Positions 13,400 through 25,755 of a stretch of DNA of 64,000 nt are shown piece by piece (position 1 is the first letter of the stretch; each line of letters begins with the position of its first letter). The DNA is from Felis catus (Eukaryota): assembly GCF_018350175.1 (NCBI RefSeq), contig NC_058368.1, positions 229,216,001 to 229,280,000 on the forward strand, in the 5' to 3' direction. The position numbers and the translations under genes were made by a program. The notes under the pieces were generated by a model. That model searched no databases. It saw only the letters and a program-made list of their open reading frames with translations, and was not told the DNA's origin.

Positions 13400-13830
13400 A
13401 AAAAGTTGCATTGATTTTAATTTTTGGAAATCTTCTTAAGATCTGGCTTAATAAAAGATAACTTGGATTTCATATTCTTTTGAAACCTATCTGCTGTGAT
13501 ATGTTCTTTTGGTTGAAGTATGGGAAGAACAGTGACCTTTAGTTGGAAGATGAACAGGTGTTTTAATAGCCCTTTTAGATAATTGTGGATATTCTTTGAT
13601 ATTACGTTAAAACTCAACAAATGGAAGTTTTTAACAGATTAATTGAAACCAGAATCTTAAATCATATTAGTAAACTCTGTTAAAATGATATGTCCTTTCT
13701 TGTACATTGAATGGATGTTTTAGCCATACATTATTTTACAAAAATCATGCCTGGGCCATTTGTAAAATGGTAGCTTACTAAATTATGGAGACATTACAAA
13801 CGTTGACATAATTTTTTTAACATGTATGAT
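13400..13830 (-). mobile_element. hAT-Charlie (Charlie1-like) DNA transposon relic, transposase C-terminus
   Basis: Minus strand encodes KEYPQLSKRAIK (13597-13562) and, after a frameshift, MKSKLSFIKPDLKKISKN, resembling the hAT dimerisation domain and Charlie C-terminus. Confidence 0.75.
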
Positions 13831-15149
13831 GGGTTTTTATTATATTTGAAAGTCACAAAATAGTTACTTTCAGAGAAAAAAGAGTGTGATGCCTGTGACC
13901 AATCTTAGAACAATGTGTTTAAAATATTCTCATAAATTTGATCCTGTAAAAGATAACAGCAGAATTTTTTCAGCTATCCTCATGGATCATACCTTCCAGT
14001 GCAACTGAACCTCTGGCTAGTTATCACTTGTCATCATTTGTCTCCTCATATATATTTTGCTAGAAATCTCCTCCTTAAACCTGTGTTTATACTTGCTTAC
14101 TCTCTGCTAAGTGATAATGTTGACTGGAAATTTTGGCGTTATACCATTCATATTTGACCTGCACGTACAGTCAATGATATGCCCATGAAGTGTTTGTAAA
14201 ACAGAGATCATGTTAAAAAGCTAATTTGCACATATTAATTTGCTAATACTCTAACATATCAGGTTAAAGAAGTAATTGATATGTAGTTATCCCACATTTA
14301 TTTTCTTTATAATTAAATATGCACATAACATTAACATATTTCTTTAAATAGATTGCTTCAAAAACTTTTCAAAATTTAAGCAACCGGAATTCATTTAGAA
14401 AAAATATTTAGTGGTATTTAAATTTCTTTAAAAAACCTGCTTTAGTTGACTGTATTTCAGTGTTAATTAAGAATATTTATACTAACATTAGGTTTTATGA
14501 AAATACACATAAAATAATGATTTTTAATATTTTTCCAATTTATATTTTGGATAAAAATTAATTATATACACCTTTATGCAATTATTTTTTCAATCACTTA
14601 GATTAATGCTATGAATAGAATTAAAGCTATATGAAAATAGACTTGATTTAGCAATCTATTTACTGCTTATGCTGAAAGGAATAGAATATAAGAAAAATAT
14701 AATCTATTAATAAATATAATGTGATCTATCAATTATATCCTCGTTGGTCAACGAGTAGAATGACTGACAAGGGAAATAGTATTTAAGTTCAATCATCCTT
14801 AAATGTGGTTGACCAGCACTCTTAAACTCTTAAACACAAATCGCTTTACATACATTTTTCAATTTGGACATTATGAATATTTGTTTGCCAAGGCAGGAAG
14901 AGACATATATTCTATTCATATATTTGTATATTCACGATTGTGTATTCACGATTCACAACTTTAAAATTTTGACATGTGGTATGGGCCTCTCCATTTGTCA
15001 GGGGCGAGTATATATCTGCAGTAAAACTGATTGAGTTAGAGAAAATTTATTTGTACATTTAAATGTAGAACTCATTGCTCCATTAATCTAGTTATAATTA
15101 CTTAAGCATAAATGGTTTTGCTATGTAAACTTGCATACATTTCTAATAA

Positions 15150-15384
15150 ATTTATTTTTATTTTCATTTTTTAAAAATGTTTTAATGTTTTTATTTATTT
15201 TTTAGAGAGAGGGACAGAGTGGGAGCAGGGGAGGAGCAGAGAGAGAAGGAGCCACAAAATGTGAAGCAGGCTCCAGGCTCTGAGCTGTCTGCACAGAGTG
15301 CAGTGTGGGTCTTGAACCCATGAACAGGGAGATTATGACCTAAGCTGAAGTGGGCTCTCAACCGACTCAGCCGCCCAGGCACCC
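15150..15384 (-). mobile_element. Can-SINE
   Basis: Head ..CTCAGCCGCCCAGGCACCC; body CAGGCTCCAGGCTCTGAGCTGTC. Confidence 0.93.
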
Positions 15385-15457
15385 TTATTTTTGTTTTCAG
15401 TGTTTTAATTATATTTGGTTGGATTGATTTTCCAAATGTAGAAGAAAAATATTTTTC

Positions 15458-15663
15458 TTTTTTTTTAAAGATTTTTATTTTTTTATTTTCAGAGAGGGGG
15501 ATGTGTGAGCAGGGGAGGGGCAGAGAGAAAGGCAAGAGTGAGAATCCCAAGCAGGCTCCTCACTGTCAGCAAAGAGCTCAATATGGGGCTCGAACTCATG
15601 ACCCATAAGATCGTGACCTGAGCCTGAGTCAGACAGTTAACCGACTGAGCCACCCAGGCATCC
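15458..15663 (-). mobile_element. Can-SINE
   Basis: Head ..CTGAGCCACCCAGGCATCC; AGAAAA..TTTTTC on both flanks. Confidence 0.93.
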
Positions 15664-17454
15664 TCAGAAAATTTTTTCAATGCAAAAGCACCCCTAACAT
15701 TACCGTAGGTAAACATTGCAATAGATCCTGATAAGAACAATATTTCTTCAACATTAACATCAAAAAGAAGTATAACAAAATAAGAGCCTAACTATACTTC
15801 ATGGTTATAGTTCCATTACAGATGGAAACTCTGTAATTATGACTCCTTACCAATCAGTAAGTGCTCATCATTTTTTTTTTCTATATGGAACTCGGCACTC
15901 TTTTAAATCCTACAAGGATACAGGACAGATATCCTGGGTGTTCCTTACATTTAAGATCCATTGTGGATAAGGTAGGATTTGAGTCAATTCTTTGATTATG
16001 AGTAAAATTCTTATGTGTCCTGTTATTGTATGTACTATTTATGCATAAAAACTGGAGTTGGAGGTAACAGCTTACCCCTTTTAGGATTGTTTTGAGACAG
16101 TTGTTGATATTATGTTGATATTAAATTTTAACAAGATATAAAACTAAATGTCTCATATTCCTCTAAGATACATCATTGCCTATAAAGAAGAAATTTACAA
16201 ATTATTTACTAGACCACAGATAACTTGTGTTTGTTCTTATGAATTGGGAATTGCACCATTGGATGCAACAAGACCTATTTTGGAAAATTAAGTAAATTTT
16301 GTATCAAAAATTGTCTCCAATATTTAAGTGTATTAAAAAAACGACTTTTGATTGTGGTTTCTATTTATTATCCCTCCAAGTGCAAGGTCCAATTGAAGAG
16401 AAATAAGGCTTGTGCTATTTACATCTTCTGTCAGCAAATAAAAATTTTAAGCAATTCGAATTTTTCTATGCATCAAAATTGGTCGGTTGTCTTGATAACT
16501 GTTTTATCAGTGATTGTGAATGGGAAGAGCATGAACCGTTTCAAGAGAGCTCAAAACTGTATTTTTCATCACATAAGTAAGTTCTGAGGAAATTCACTGA
16601 AGCAGAAAAAAAACACTCAGTATGGACTACCTATTATTTGTAGCAAATTTGTATGACCTATGAGAATTCCAATTGTAGATAAGCCTGGAAATGTACATTT
16701 AGATTCTAATTCACATCTCATGAGAATAGTGACTCATAGAAGTTACTGGGTAGAATTCTAACTGAATTTATCATGAGTATTTTCAGATAATAAAAATTAG
16801 CATAAACCAACCTGAAATTTATAATCATCACAGAGTATTACCGACTATATATACATAGTCTTTCCACTTTGCAAAATAACAATTCATAATTAACTGATAT
16901 TCATGAGATTTACATGTCCTCTGTGTCAGGATGATTTATTTTCTGTGGAGTAATGTGGCAAATATGTTCTTAATTCAAAATGCTTCTGGCTTACCGCTAA
17001 TTGAATTTAAGTAAGCAGGGTATAACAACAAATAGACTAACATTTAAAAACTCAAACTGGACAAATCACAGTCGATTTTCAACAAAAGGATTCAGAGGAT
17101 GATGGTAACAATAGAATGATGAATAGTAGTTCATTCCAATCCACATAAGTGATAGGGAAGAGAAACAAAATATCATTCTCTTACAATATGTCTCTTGCAT
17201 GTAGGAATAAAAATGTCGTGCAAGAACATGTGGTCTGTCTGCGTGGATCTCCTTGATATTAAAAGAGGTCTTATAGTTTTGGCTCCAACAATATTCAAAG
17301 AGTTACTAATTACCTAAGATCTCACTATTAAGTCTATCCCTGTTAGAGGAAAGCTTAGGAATCACATGATTTACATACAGCATAGTTAACTTCCTGTGCA
17401 GGGGGAAAAGGCCATGCATAAGAACTTTGCCATACTTGTGAGTAAATCACCTTT

Positions 17455-17493
17455 TTCTTTTTTTATTTAAATTTTTTTTAATATTTATTTAGT

Positions 17494-17542
<49 letters not shown>

Positions 17543-17645
17543 GAGAGCGACCAGGGAAGGGGCAGAGAGAGAGGGAGACACAGAATTCGAAACAGGCTCC
17601 AGGCTCTGAGCTGTCAGCACAGAGCTGGATGCAGGGCTCAAACTC
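17455..17645 (-). mobile_element. Can-SINE lacking its 5' head
   Basis: Tail, (GA)n and body present; similarity stops at GGGCTCAAACTC. Confidence 0.9.
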
Positions 17646-18420
17646 TTTAACAGTTAAGGGTTTTGTAGTTTTCTTCATATTTTGTTTGGACATTTAAGTC
17701 ACTGCATTAATTGTGCCTCTTTCCAGCTGGTGATTTAACAAAGTGGCACAATCAACATCTGTGGTACGTTAGTGGTGTTGGTTGTCATTAGGATGTCTTT
17801 AAATTCTGAATTATTACTTTGGATGTATTTCTTCATTGCCCAAAAAGTATTCATCTAAACTTGTCAAACTTCATGGACAATAAACAATTTCTTCTCCTGC
17901 CTTAACCACCACATTGCAATAAAAAGAAAAAAAAATCCATTATGGAATATAGACTGAGGGCCTTATAAATACTAAATACTACCACATGGAAGTATATGCA
18001 TTTATGATTTGTATGGGCATGTATATACATCAAAAGGTCGTCTTGCTGTTTTCTTTTTTCTTCCTTTGAGTCGTAAATTCTGCCTCACAATCGTACCACA
18101 AATATTAGTGTCGAATGAAAATATTTTTCTCTTAAGGACACGGGAAATCATCATGTCTTATTTCTTCTCTGATTCTTTTTGACATTGCAGACTTTGTGGT
18201 ATCACTTTTAGTTTGATATTCACATTTCCCCCCACATATACCAATCTTTAGAAAACAGTAATTACCCCATTTCCCTAATTGGTAACAGGTTTCCCATTTC
18301 AGGACCATGGTCATTTGGCAAAGAGATGAGAAGACTGTATGTGCACACACACCCTGAGTTGTGCGGCTCAAATCCCTCCCACCAGTACAACTCCAGAATC
18401 CACAGTACGGTTGTCATGGG

Positions 18421-18455
18421 GTGTGTGTGTGTGTGTGTGTGTGCGCACACGTGTG
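18421..18455. repeat. (GT)n microsatellite
   Basis: Visible. Confidence 0.9.
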
Positions 18456-20417
18456 TAGGATGATGGTTTTCTTCCCATAAGATATAAGCCCCCAACTGCC
18501 TTGAGCCTTCTCTTCTCATCGGATCCCAACAAGAACGAACATTTTAAAATGCTCAACCTGAAATTTGGTAACAAGGTTTTGCTTTTGTGTTCTCAAATTA
18601 TACCTTGTATTAACAGGATTCTTTGCATTTTGAGGTTCAGAGACCCTTTTGATCAGCAAAGTGCACAGATACGCACTTGATTTTACAAAAATATTCAAAG
18701 CATCACAGACTTCATTAGGTTCATTAGGTTCAAGGATAGAGTTTCCTATTGGGTCCATTTAATCTCAGCTGATAAACTAGCACAATCATCACTGGAATCT
18801 GCATTATTAGTTACAGACAAGCACATTGACCAATAGCTCTAATGCTGTCTACACTGGGATAACAAAGAAGAAGTCGTCTGAATCAAAGATTTAACCACAG
18901 AGCACTTTGTAAATAATAATTTAAAAAACCCAGAATTTAACAGTTTCATCTACTATGTAACTTAAATGATCATCCAAATTATTTAATGCCTGGAGCCAGG
19001 AGTATTTTGTGAAATAGAAATTAAAAGGCAAGTGAATCACCTGTGAATTCTGCCAAGCTTTATTTTTATGAATGGAAAAGGATCATATCGAAAATTTCTA
19101 AGAAAAAAAGCACATAGGTTGACACTGGATTCATTTACTAATCAATAGGATCAAGAATGGAAAAGGAAAGTGGTGATCAGTTAATTGTTACAGGCACTTC
19201 AATTGTTTGGAGGCAAAATATAAGAATTAAGAGGTGTTCCTTTAATTCTTAAGGTATTCCACGGAGAAATCATCTTTCGATTCTCCTAGGGATAGAGTAA
19301 GTGCCAGAGGTTTACATGTTTCATGAGTTATCTTCCCCTGTGAGAAACCAAATTGTCCTCAGAAACAAATGGTTTTTCTGCCGAAGGCAATGAGTCAGAG
19401 TGCAAGATGTTTTGTTTTGTTTTTTAAACCTCAACATCAGCAAAGAGAATGGGAATGAAGTAAAAGCGCCTGGGTTACAGGGCAGAACCAAAAAACGCCT
19501 CTGTCGACCCAAGAGGCAATGGGTTAAAACTGTCCTTGATCTTTGCCCCACGTCAGAACAAATTCACCAAGCTATTATAGCCTGGGGCAGGCTGGCTCTC
19601 TACATCTGAGGCTGCCCCCAAGGGAGCTGATGCTGAAGACTTTCCATGGACTCCCTGAAGCCTGACATAAAGCTCTTCCTTGAAGAGAGTTCTAGATGGA
19701 TTGTCTTCATGTTCATCATAGCAAAGTACAGATATATTTATAACATCCTAAACCTGATAGCAACATAAATGACGTTCCACTTAGGAATGAAAAAATATTA
19801 CGCAGTGTATTCGTAAAATGCAGTGTTATGTAGCAATGAGCATTGACAGATGTATTCATGCAAGAACATAAATACATTTAACAAACATATTAATTAGAAA
19901 AAAGGCACCAAAGAATGTCTATGGTACCATTTAGGTAAAATTCAAAGCCAAACATTCATATCTCTGAGGCCACGTTAAGAGGAAAATCTCTATGTAAACC
20001 CTACTCCCTTTAGGAAAGAAAAAAAAAAAAAAAGGTCTAAACATGCCTACATCCAAGCTGTACTGCTTGTAAGCAATGCCCATTGCCCAATTTAGATCAC
20101 CAACTTGGCTTTGGAAAAACTGAGAAGGATAAATGAAATCGAAAAATATTAGTAGTTATTTTATATTTAATTTTTATTTGTATTGCTTAAGGCTTTTCTT
20201 ATACTTTTATTAATTTCCTTTGGGCAAAATTATAAGAATTAAGATTCATGCAAAAATATGAAATAAACTTTTGGTGTAGTCCTATTCAGTAAATTTTAAT
20301 GAATTTTTGTTGAGCCCTTGTCTTTTGTCAAAAGAGAATTTAGTAGGGTGATAATTAATCACACGTGTTTTTACATCCCCCCAAATTTTCATTCTGGTGG
20401 ATGATGCCAATAACTTT

Positions 20418-20627
20418 TTTTTATACATTTATTTATTTTTGAGAGATAGAGAGAGGCAGAGCACTAGTCGGGAGGGGCCGAGAGAGAGGGAGACACAGAA
20501 TCCAAAGCAGGCTCCAGACTTTGAGCTGTCAGCCCAGAGCCCGACACGGGGCTGGAACTCACAAACCGTGAGATCATGACCTGAGCCGAAGTCAGACGCT
20601 TAACTGACGCAGCCACCCAGGTGTCCC
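20418..20627 (-). mobile_element. Felid Can-SINE
   Basis: Perfect 16-bp TSD TGATGCCAATAACTTT at 20402 and 20628. Confidence 0.97.
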
Positions 20628-21314
20628 TGATGCCAATAACTTTAATTCAATTCAAGAGATCTTGGGATGGTAAGATGTACATGGCCTCCAATTAACATGT
20701 TAAAGGACAATTGGTTAAGCCCGGTGATGTGGCAATTAAACCATGACAACTGAGCTTCAATGGGAGACAAGTTTTTAAAAATAAATTGCAGTGCTCCAAA
20801 TCATTCTGAATTATTATTTGAGGTATAAATAACAGAATGTGAATCATATTAAATTTTAAACATGTAAAGGTTAGAAAAAAGGATTTCTTTTGAAATATAT
20901 TTTTTCCTACCAGGTTGAAAATACAACGTTAAAATTGAAATTACATTTGGGAAGCTGAGAATAACGTGGGTGTGGGAAAGGGAAAGGAAAGTTTATTGCT
21001 ATGAGAAATGTATCATTTCTCATAAGGAAATGTGCCTTGCACACAAGCAATCTGGTTTCCACACTGTGCTGATTCACCTAACAGTAGTGAATCATTATCT
21101 TTCATTCTTCTGCTATCCCTAGAGACCATACACGTTGTTGATAATAGCATTGCATCTACCCAAATGGAAACAAAATTTAATTAGAATAATCCAATGAATA
21201 CAAGTGTGCTTTAATGAGAAATACGATAAAATATTTATTCAGACATCATGTCTTCCTTCAAATATTTCAGATAAAATTTCTTTTCTTTTTCTAACAATTT
21301 GTTTAATGTTGCAA

Positions 21315-21440
21315 GTTTTTATTGAAATTCTAGTTAGAAAACATATAGAGTGACATTAGTTTCAGAAGTAGAATTTAGTGATTCATCACTTACATATAAC
21401 ACCCAATTCTCATCACAAGTGCCCTCCTTAGTACCCATAA
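21315..21440 (-). mobile_element. Short carnivore L1 3'-end fragment
   Basis: GTAGAATTTAGTGATTCATCACTTACATATAACACCCA..CTCATCACAAGTGCCCTCCTTA resembles the carnivore L1 3' terminus. Confidence 0.75.
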
Positions 21441-23030
21441 AATTTCTAAGAATACTTTCACCTCCTACTATGATCGTGATTCTCTTCTTTGACTCTGTAG
21501 AAAGTGACAGAGTATAAAATTCTCCCCTCAAGCAGTAAAATTGAATCTGCCTTATGTGTTTTATTTTTCATGTGTGTCATATTTTTTAAAAAGGACAAAA
21601 AACCACAAATTTTTTGCTAAAACTACTTAAATGTAAACTTTGTAACTTGTAAAACCTTGATAAAAATTTTGAAAGAATAAAAGATTGTTCGTAAATTAAA
21701 TGGAAATCATTACTCCGCTTGGTATATAATTCCTTTCACTGTGGGACAAAATATGTGCAAATCAAATTGTATCATTATAATGTAAAAAAAAAAAAGTGAA
21801 GTTCAGAAATCCTCTGGCTTCTTGGATATATACAGACAAAACCGAAGCACATTCAAATTCTATAGTTTCTTAAACACAAAAATATTCAAAATATTTGCTA
21901 TTTAATGGCTGATATGAGGTTTTTAAATTTGTTGTTGCTATCGATTTGTTCATTTTTTTTTTTTTTTTTTTGCTATAATGATAAATCTCACTATTCACAC
22001 TTTGGCCACCTGTTCTTGACTAAAAGTATCTCCATAAGAAACAGTATTCAAAGGGGAACAATTTACTACTTACATGGTTGGGAAAATACATGAGCCCTTC
22101 ACCTCTGTCCAATTTAGAGATCCAATAAGTGTTGCAATGGAGAAGATAGCCTAGGTCTGTAAGTATTTGTTATTTTTTTTGTCTTTCTCTTTCTCTAGAT
22201 AAAATGACCAGTTCTACTGAGAAAATCTTGATTGACTTATTTACTCAACAGCGGCCTCAGAGAAAATGGAATAGAAAAGCTGACCTTTCAAACTGGGCAA
22301 TTTCATGTCCTGTGTGTTATCATATGAAATTACAGAAGAATGCTTTATTAAAAGGTGTAATCATCACAAAAGGCAGCTATGAAAAATCCACAGCTAACAT
22401 CACACCTAGTGGTGAAAGCCTGGATGCTTTGCCTCTGAAATCAGGAACAAAACAAGGATATTTGGTCTTGCCACTTCTACTCAACATTGTGTTAGAAGTT
22501 CTGGCTGAGGCAATTAGGCAAGAAAACAAAATTAAAAACTGCATATTGAAAAGGAAGAAGTAAAACTATCTTAGTCACTGATGGTATGACCTTGTATATA
22601 AAAATATCCTACAGAATCCATTAAAAACTATTATCACTAATAAACAAGTTCAGCATGAATGCAAGAGAAAAGATTAATATAAAATAATCAGTTATAATTC
22701 CACACATTGCAGTGATCAATACGGAATGTTGAAAGAAATTTTTAAAAATCTAAATAAATGGAAAAAGTCTGATATTCATGGATCAGAAGACATAATATTA
22801 TTAAAATGGCAATATTCCCCAAATTACAGATTCAACACAATCCCTATCAGAGTCTCAACTTGTTCCTTTGTAGAAATTGCAGCTGACCCAAATATTTATA
22901 TGGGACTATATGGAACACTCTCAAGAAAGTGACCCCACAAAGGGAAGAAAATAGTTGCGAATCATATATCTTACAAGGGATCTGTGTCTAGAATATTTAA
23001 AGAATCTACAACTCAATAAAAATAAACTCA

Positions 23031-23241
23031 TTTTTTAAACATTTTTTCCTTATTTTAGAAGGAGAGAGAGAGCACGAGTGGGGAGGTGGAGCAGAGGGAG
23101 AAAGAGAGAAAATCTTAAGTAGGGTCCATGGTCAGCATGAAGCCTGACTTGGGGCTCCATCTCACGGCTGTGAGGTCATGATCTCACCTGAGTAGAAATC
23201 AAGAGTCTGACACTTGACTGACCGAGTCATCCAGGAGCCCC
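23031..23241 (-). mobile_element. Can-SINE (older subfamily) nested in L1
   Basis: AAATCAAGAGTCTGACACTTGACTGACCGAGTCATCCAGGAGCCCC. Confidence 0.9.
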
Positions 23242-23292
23242 TAAAATTAAACCAGGTTTTAAAATGGGCAAGCTATCTAATTAGATACAAAT

Positions 23293-23486
23293 GGGGACCC
23301 CTGGGTGGCTCAGTCAGTTAAGCCACTGACTTTGGCTCAGATCATGATCTCCAGGTTGGCGGGTTCTGGCCCCATGTCGGGCTTTGCGCTGACAGTGCAG
23401 AGAAGCCTGCTTCAGATTTTCTATCTCTTTCCCTGTCCACCCCTTCCCCCTCCTCTCTCTCAAAATAAACATTAAATTTTTTTTAA
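23293..23486 (+). mobile_element. Can-SINE nested in L1
   Basis: GGGGACCCCTGGGTGGCTCAGTCAGTTAAG head; AGATA..AAATGG on both flanks. Confidence 0.92.
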
Positions 23487-24074
23487 ATGTAAAAGATATA
23501 TAAATGGCCAATAAGCATATAACAATGCTGCATGCCATTACTCATCAAGAGGACACAAATCAAAATCATGATAACATACCACTTTACACCTACTGTGCAT
23601 GTGTGTGTGTGACTAGGATGGTTTTGTATAACTGATACAATTATAAAATTATATTATATAATTATAATTATAAAATGAGATAACAAGTATTGGCTAGGAT
23701 GTGAAGAAACTCCCAGACACTGCAGGTGGGGATGTAAAATGGTGCAGCTACTTTGGAAAACAGTCTGGTAGTTGCTCAGTTCCTCAGACGGTAAATGTAG
23801 AGTTACCATAAGACCCAGGTGTATTTCCAAGAGAAATGAAAACTGAAATCCATGCAAAAACTTGTGTAATATTTGTATGTTTTGTTTATGGCGAAATTAT
23901 TCATAATAGCCAAAAGGTGGAAATAGTGTAGCATCTGTCAATTGATGGATAAACAAAATGTGATATACACATACAATGCAATATTATTTGGCCATAGAAA
24001 GGAATTGGATACTGATATATACAACATGGTTGAATGTTGAAAATTTCATGCTTCATAAAAATAGTTACAAAGGA

Positions 24075-24257
24075 GGGGCGCCTAGTTGGCTCAGTCGGTT
24101 GAGCGTCTGACTCTTGATTTTGGCTCCAGTCATGATCTCGCAGTTGTGAGGTCGAGCCCTGAGTCAGGCTCCACACTCGTGTTCTTGGGATTCTCTCTCT
24201 CTCTCCTCTCTCTGCCTCTCTGTCTCTCTCAAAATAAATAAATTAACATTTTAAAAA
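24075..24257 (+). mobile_element. Can-SINE nested in L1
   Basis: GGGGCGCCTAGTTGGCTCAG head; TSD AAAAATAGT(T/C)ACAAA. Confidence 0.93.
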
Positions 24258-25755
24258 ATAGTCACAAAAGGCCATGTATTACATGTTCCATTTTTATTAA
24301 ATGTCCAGAATAAAAGAATATATGGTAACAGAAAGAGTAGCTTACTGGTTGATTAGGGCTGAGGGCCCAGGGATTTAAGAAGGTGATAACTAAAGGGTAC
24401 AGGGTTTCTTTATGAGCTAATAAAACTGTTCTGATATAAACTGTGATGATGCTTACACATAGTGGTGATTTTTCTAAAAAACACTGAGTTGGACATATTA
24501 ACTAAGTGAATTATATGGTATACAAATTACATGCCAATAAAGCTATCATTGCTAAGATTGGGTTGTACATAGACCTACTGAGAGGCTTCAGGCATTGCAC
24601 TGGATACCTTTGATTCAATGAGGCACATTATTAAAGAATTCCAAATTCTCTGAAAACAATCTTTAATTGGGAGCATATAATTTTTACCCCATCACTGTTA
24701 TTCAAAGAAAAACATATTTTTTAAAGCCCTGGAAATATACATGTTCCTAAAAACATTATCTGCAAAACTTTCAGCAGTTTTGATATCTCTCAAATGAAAA
24801 ACATAGCCTTAAGTATAACATGTCATTCCTTAATTCTTGCTCAAACAACTGAAGCAGAAAAAAAAGGATATTTTGTGTTCAAAGTTGTGACATTAAACAT
24901 TAAACAGTAGTGTCCTTAAAAGAACTAACTTGAGAGTGATTAATATGGAAAACTGTTTGCAGAGATGAGATCCCAGTAAAGACGACAGATAAAGGTTGGC
25001 GAAACACTCAGGGTCTAGCAACAATAAGTCTCCAACATCTTAGCCTTGAAGTGGCTATAGTGGGTATAGAAAGTAGGACTCTTTGAATCAAGCAAGAATT
25101 ATATCTCAGGAGGAGTATAATCAGCCAGGATCTGCACACTTAAGAAATGCACAGAGCCATTGTCAAGACCGGTTTAGTAGGAAGTCACTGTGGCTTAAAC
25201 GCCACAAACTCTCTCTCCTTCTTCTGTCTCTGACATGCTGTGAGTAACTCCTGTCATTTTCCAAAGCCAACTGCAAACTCAAGGGGAAAGTGGTTTGGGT
25301 TATAGAGCCAGAGTCAGTCTCCATGGAAGCAGAGCAGAGCATGACACAGAAAAACAGAAAATGATTTCATTAGCACAAATAGAGAATAACCCCCAAAAGG
25401 CATTATCTATCAACTTTGAAATCCAAAGAGTATGGGATGTATCTTGGGCGGGGGCGGGTGGGGGGGGGGACAGTAGCAGCAGGCAGTCCCTATATGATTC
25501 TCATCTCCAACTCTTAGCTGCTTGTATAGAAATTTAGGTAACATGGTTTCCTACAGTTATAATTTTGTCAGAAGGAAGTGACAAAGATTCTTTCTGGAAA
25601 TGGCAATACAAATAATAGACCATGAAATTTAAGTTGGACAGAGATGTAAGTGGGAATAGGAGAGAGAAAAGAGAGAGATTGATTGGATGGCCAAACAGTA
25701 TAAAGTTGAGAAAGGGGGCTGGATTCGTCAACATAGTCAGAAAATAAGATGTTCA

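Larger units (their letters stand above)
22370..24545 (+). mobile_element. L1 (L1MB-like) ORF2 fragments plus 3'UTR, interrupted by three Can-SINEs
   Basis: [53 protein letters not shown] matches L1 ORF2 reverse transcriptase; ends CAATAAAGCT. Confidence 0.92.

Noticed and set aside
14740..14755. CTCGTTG-GT-CAACGAG palindrome with two CpGs
   Set aside because: A 7-bp stem is expected by chance in 64 kb; no supporting context
19221..19251. TAAGAATTAA..TTAATTCTTA hairpin
   Set aside because: 10-bp AT-rich stem, too short for a pre-miRNA or MITE
21000..21024. 11-bp perfect stem TATGAGAAATG-TAT-CATTTCTCATA
   Set aside because: Isolated and plausible by chance in AT-rich DNA
22170..22563. Strong acceptor at 22198 plus a 119-aa ORF
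   Set aside because: Distal half is L1 ORF2; proximal part unrecognised and lacks a good donor
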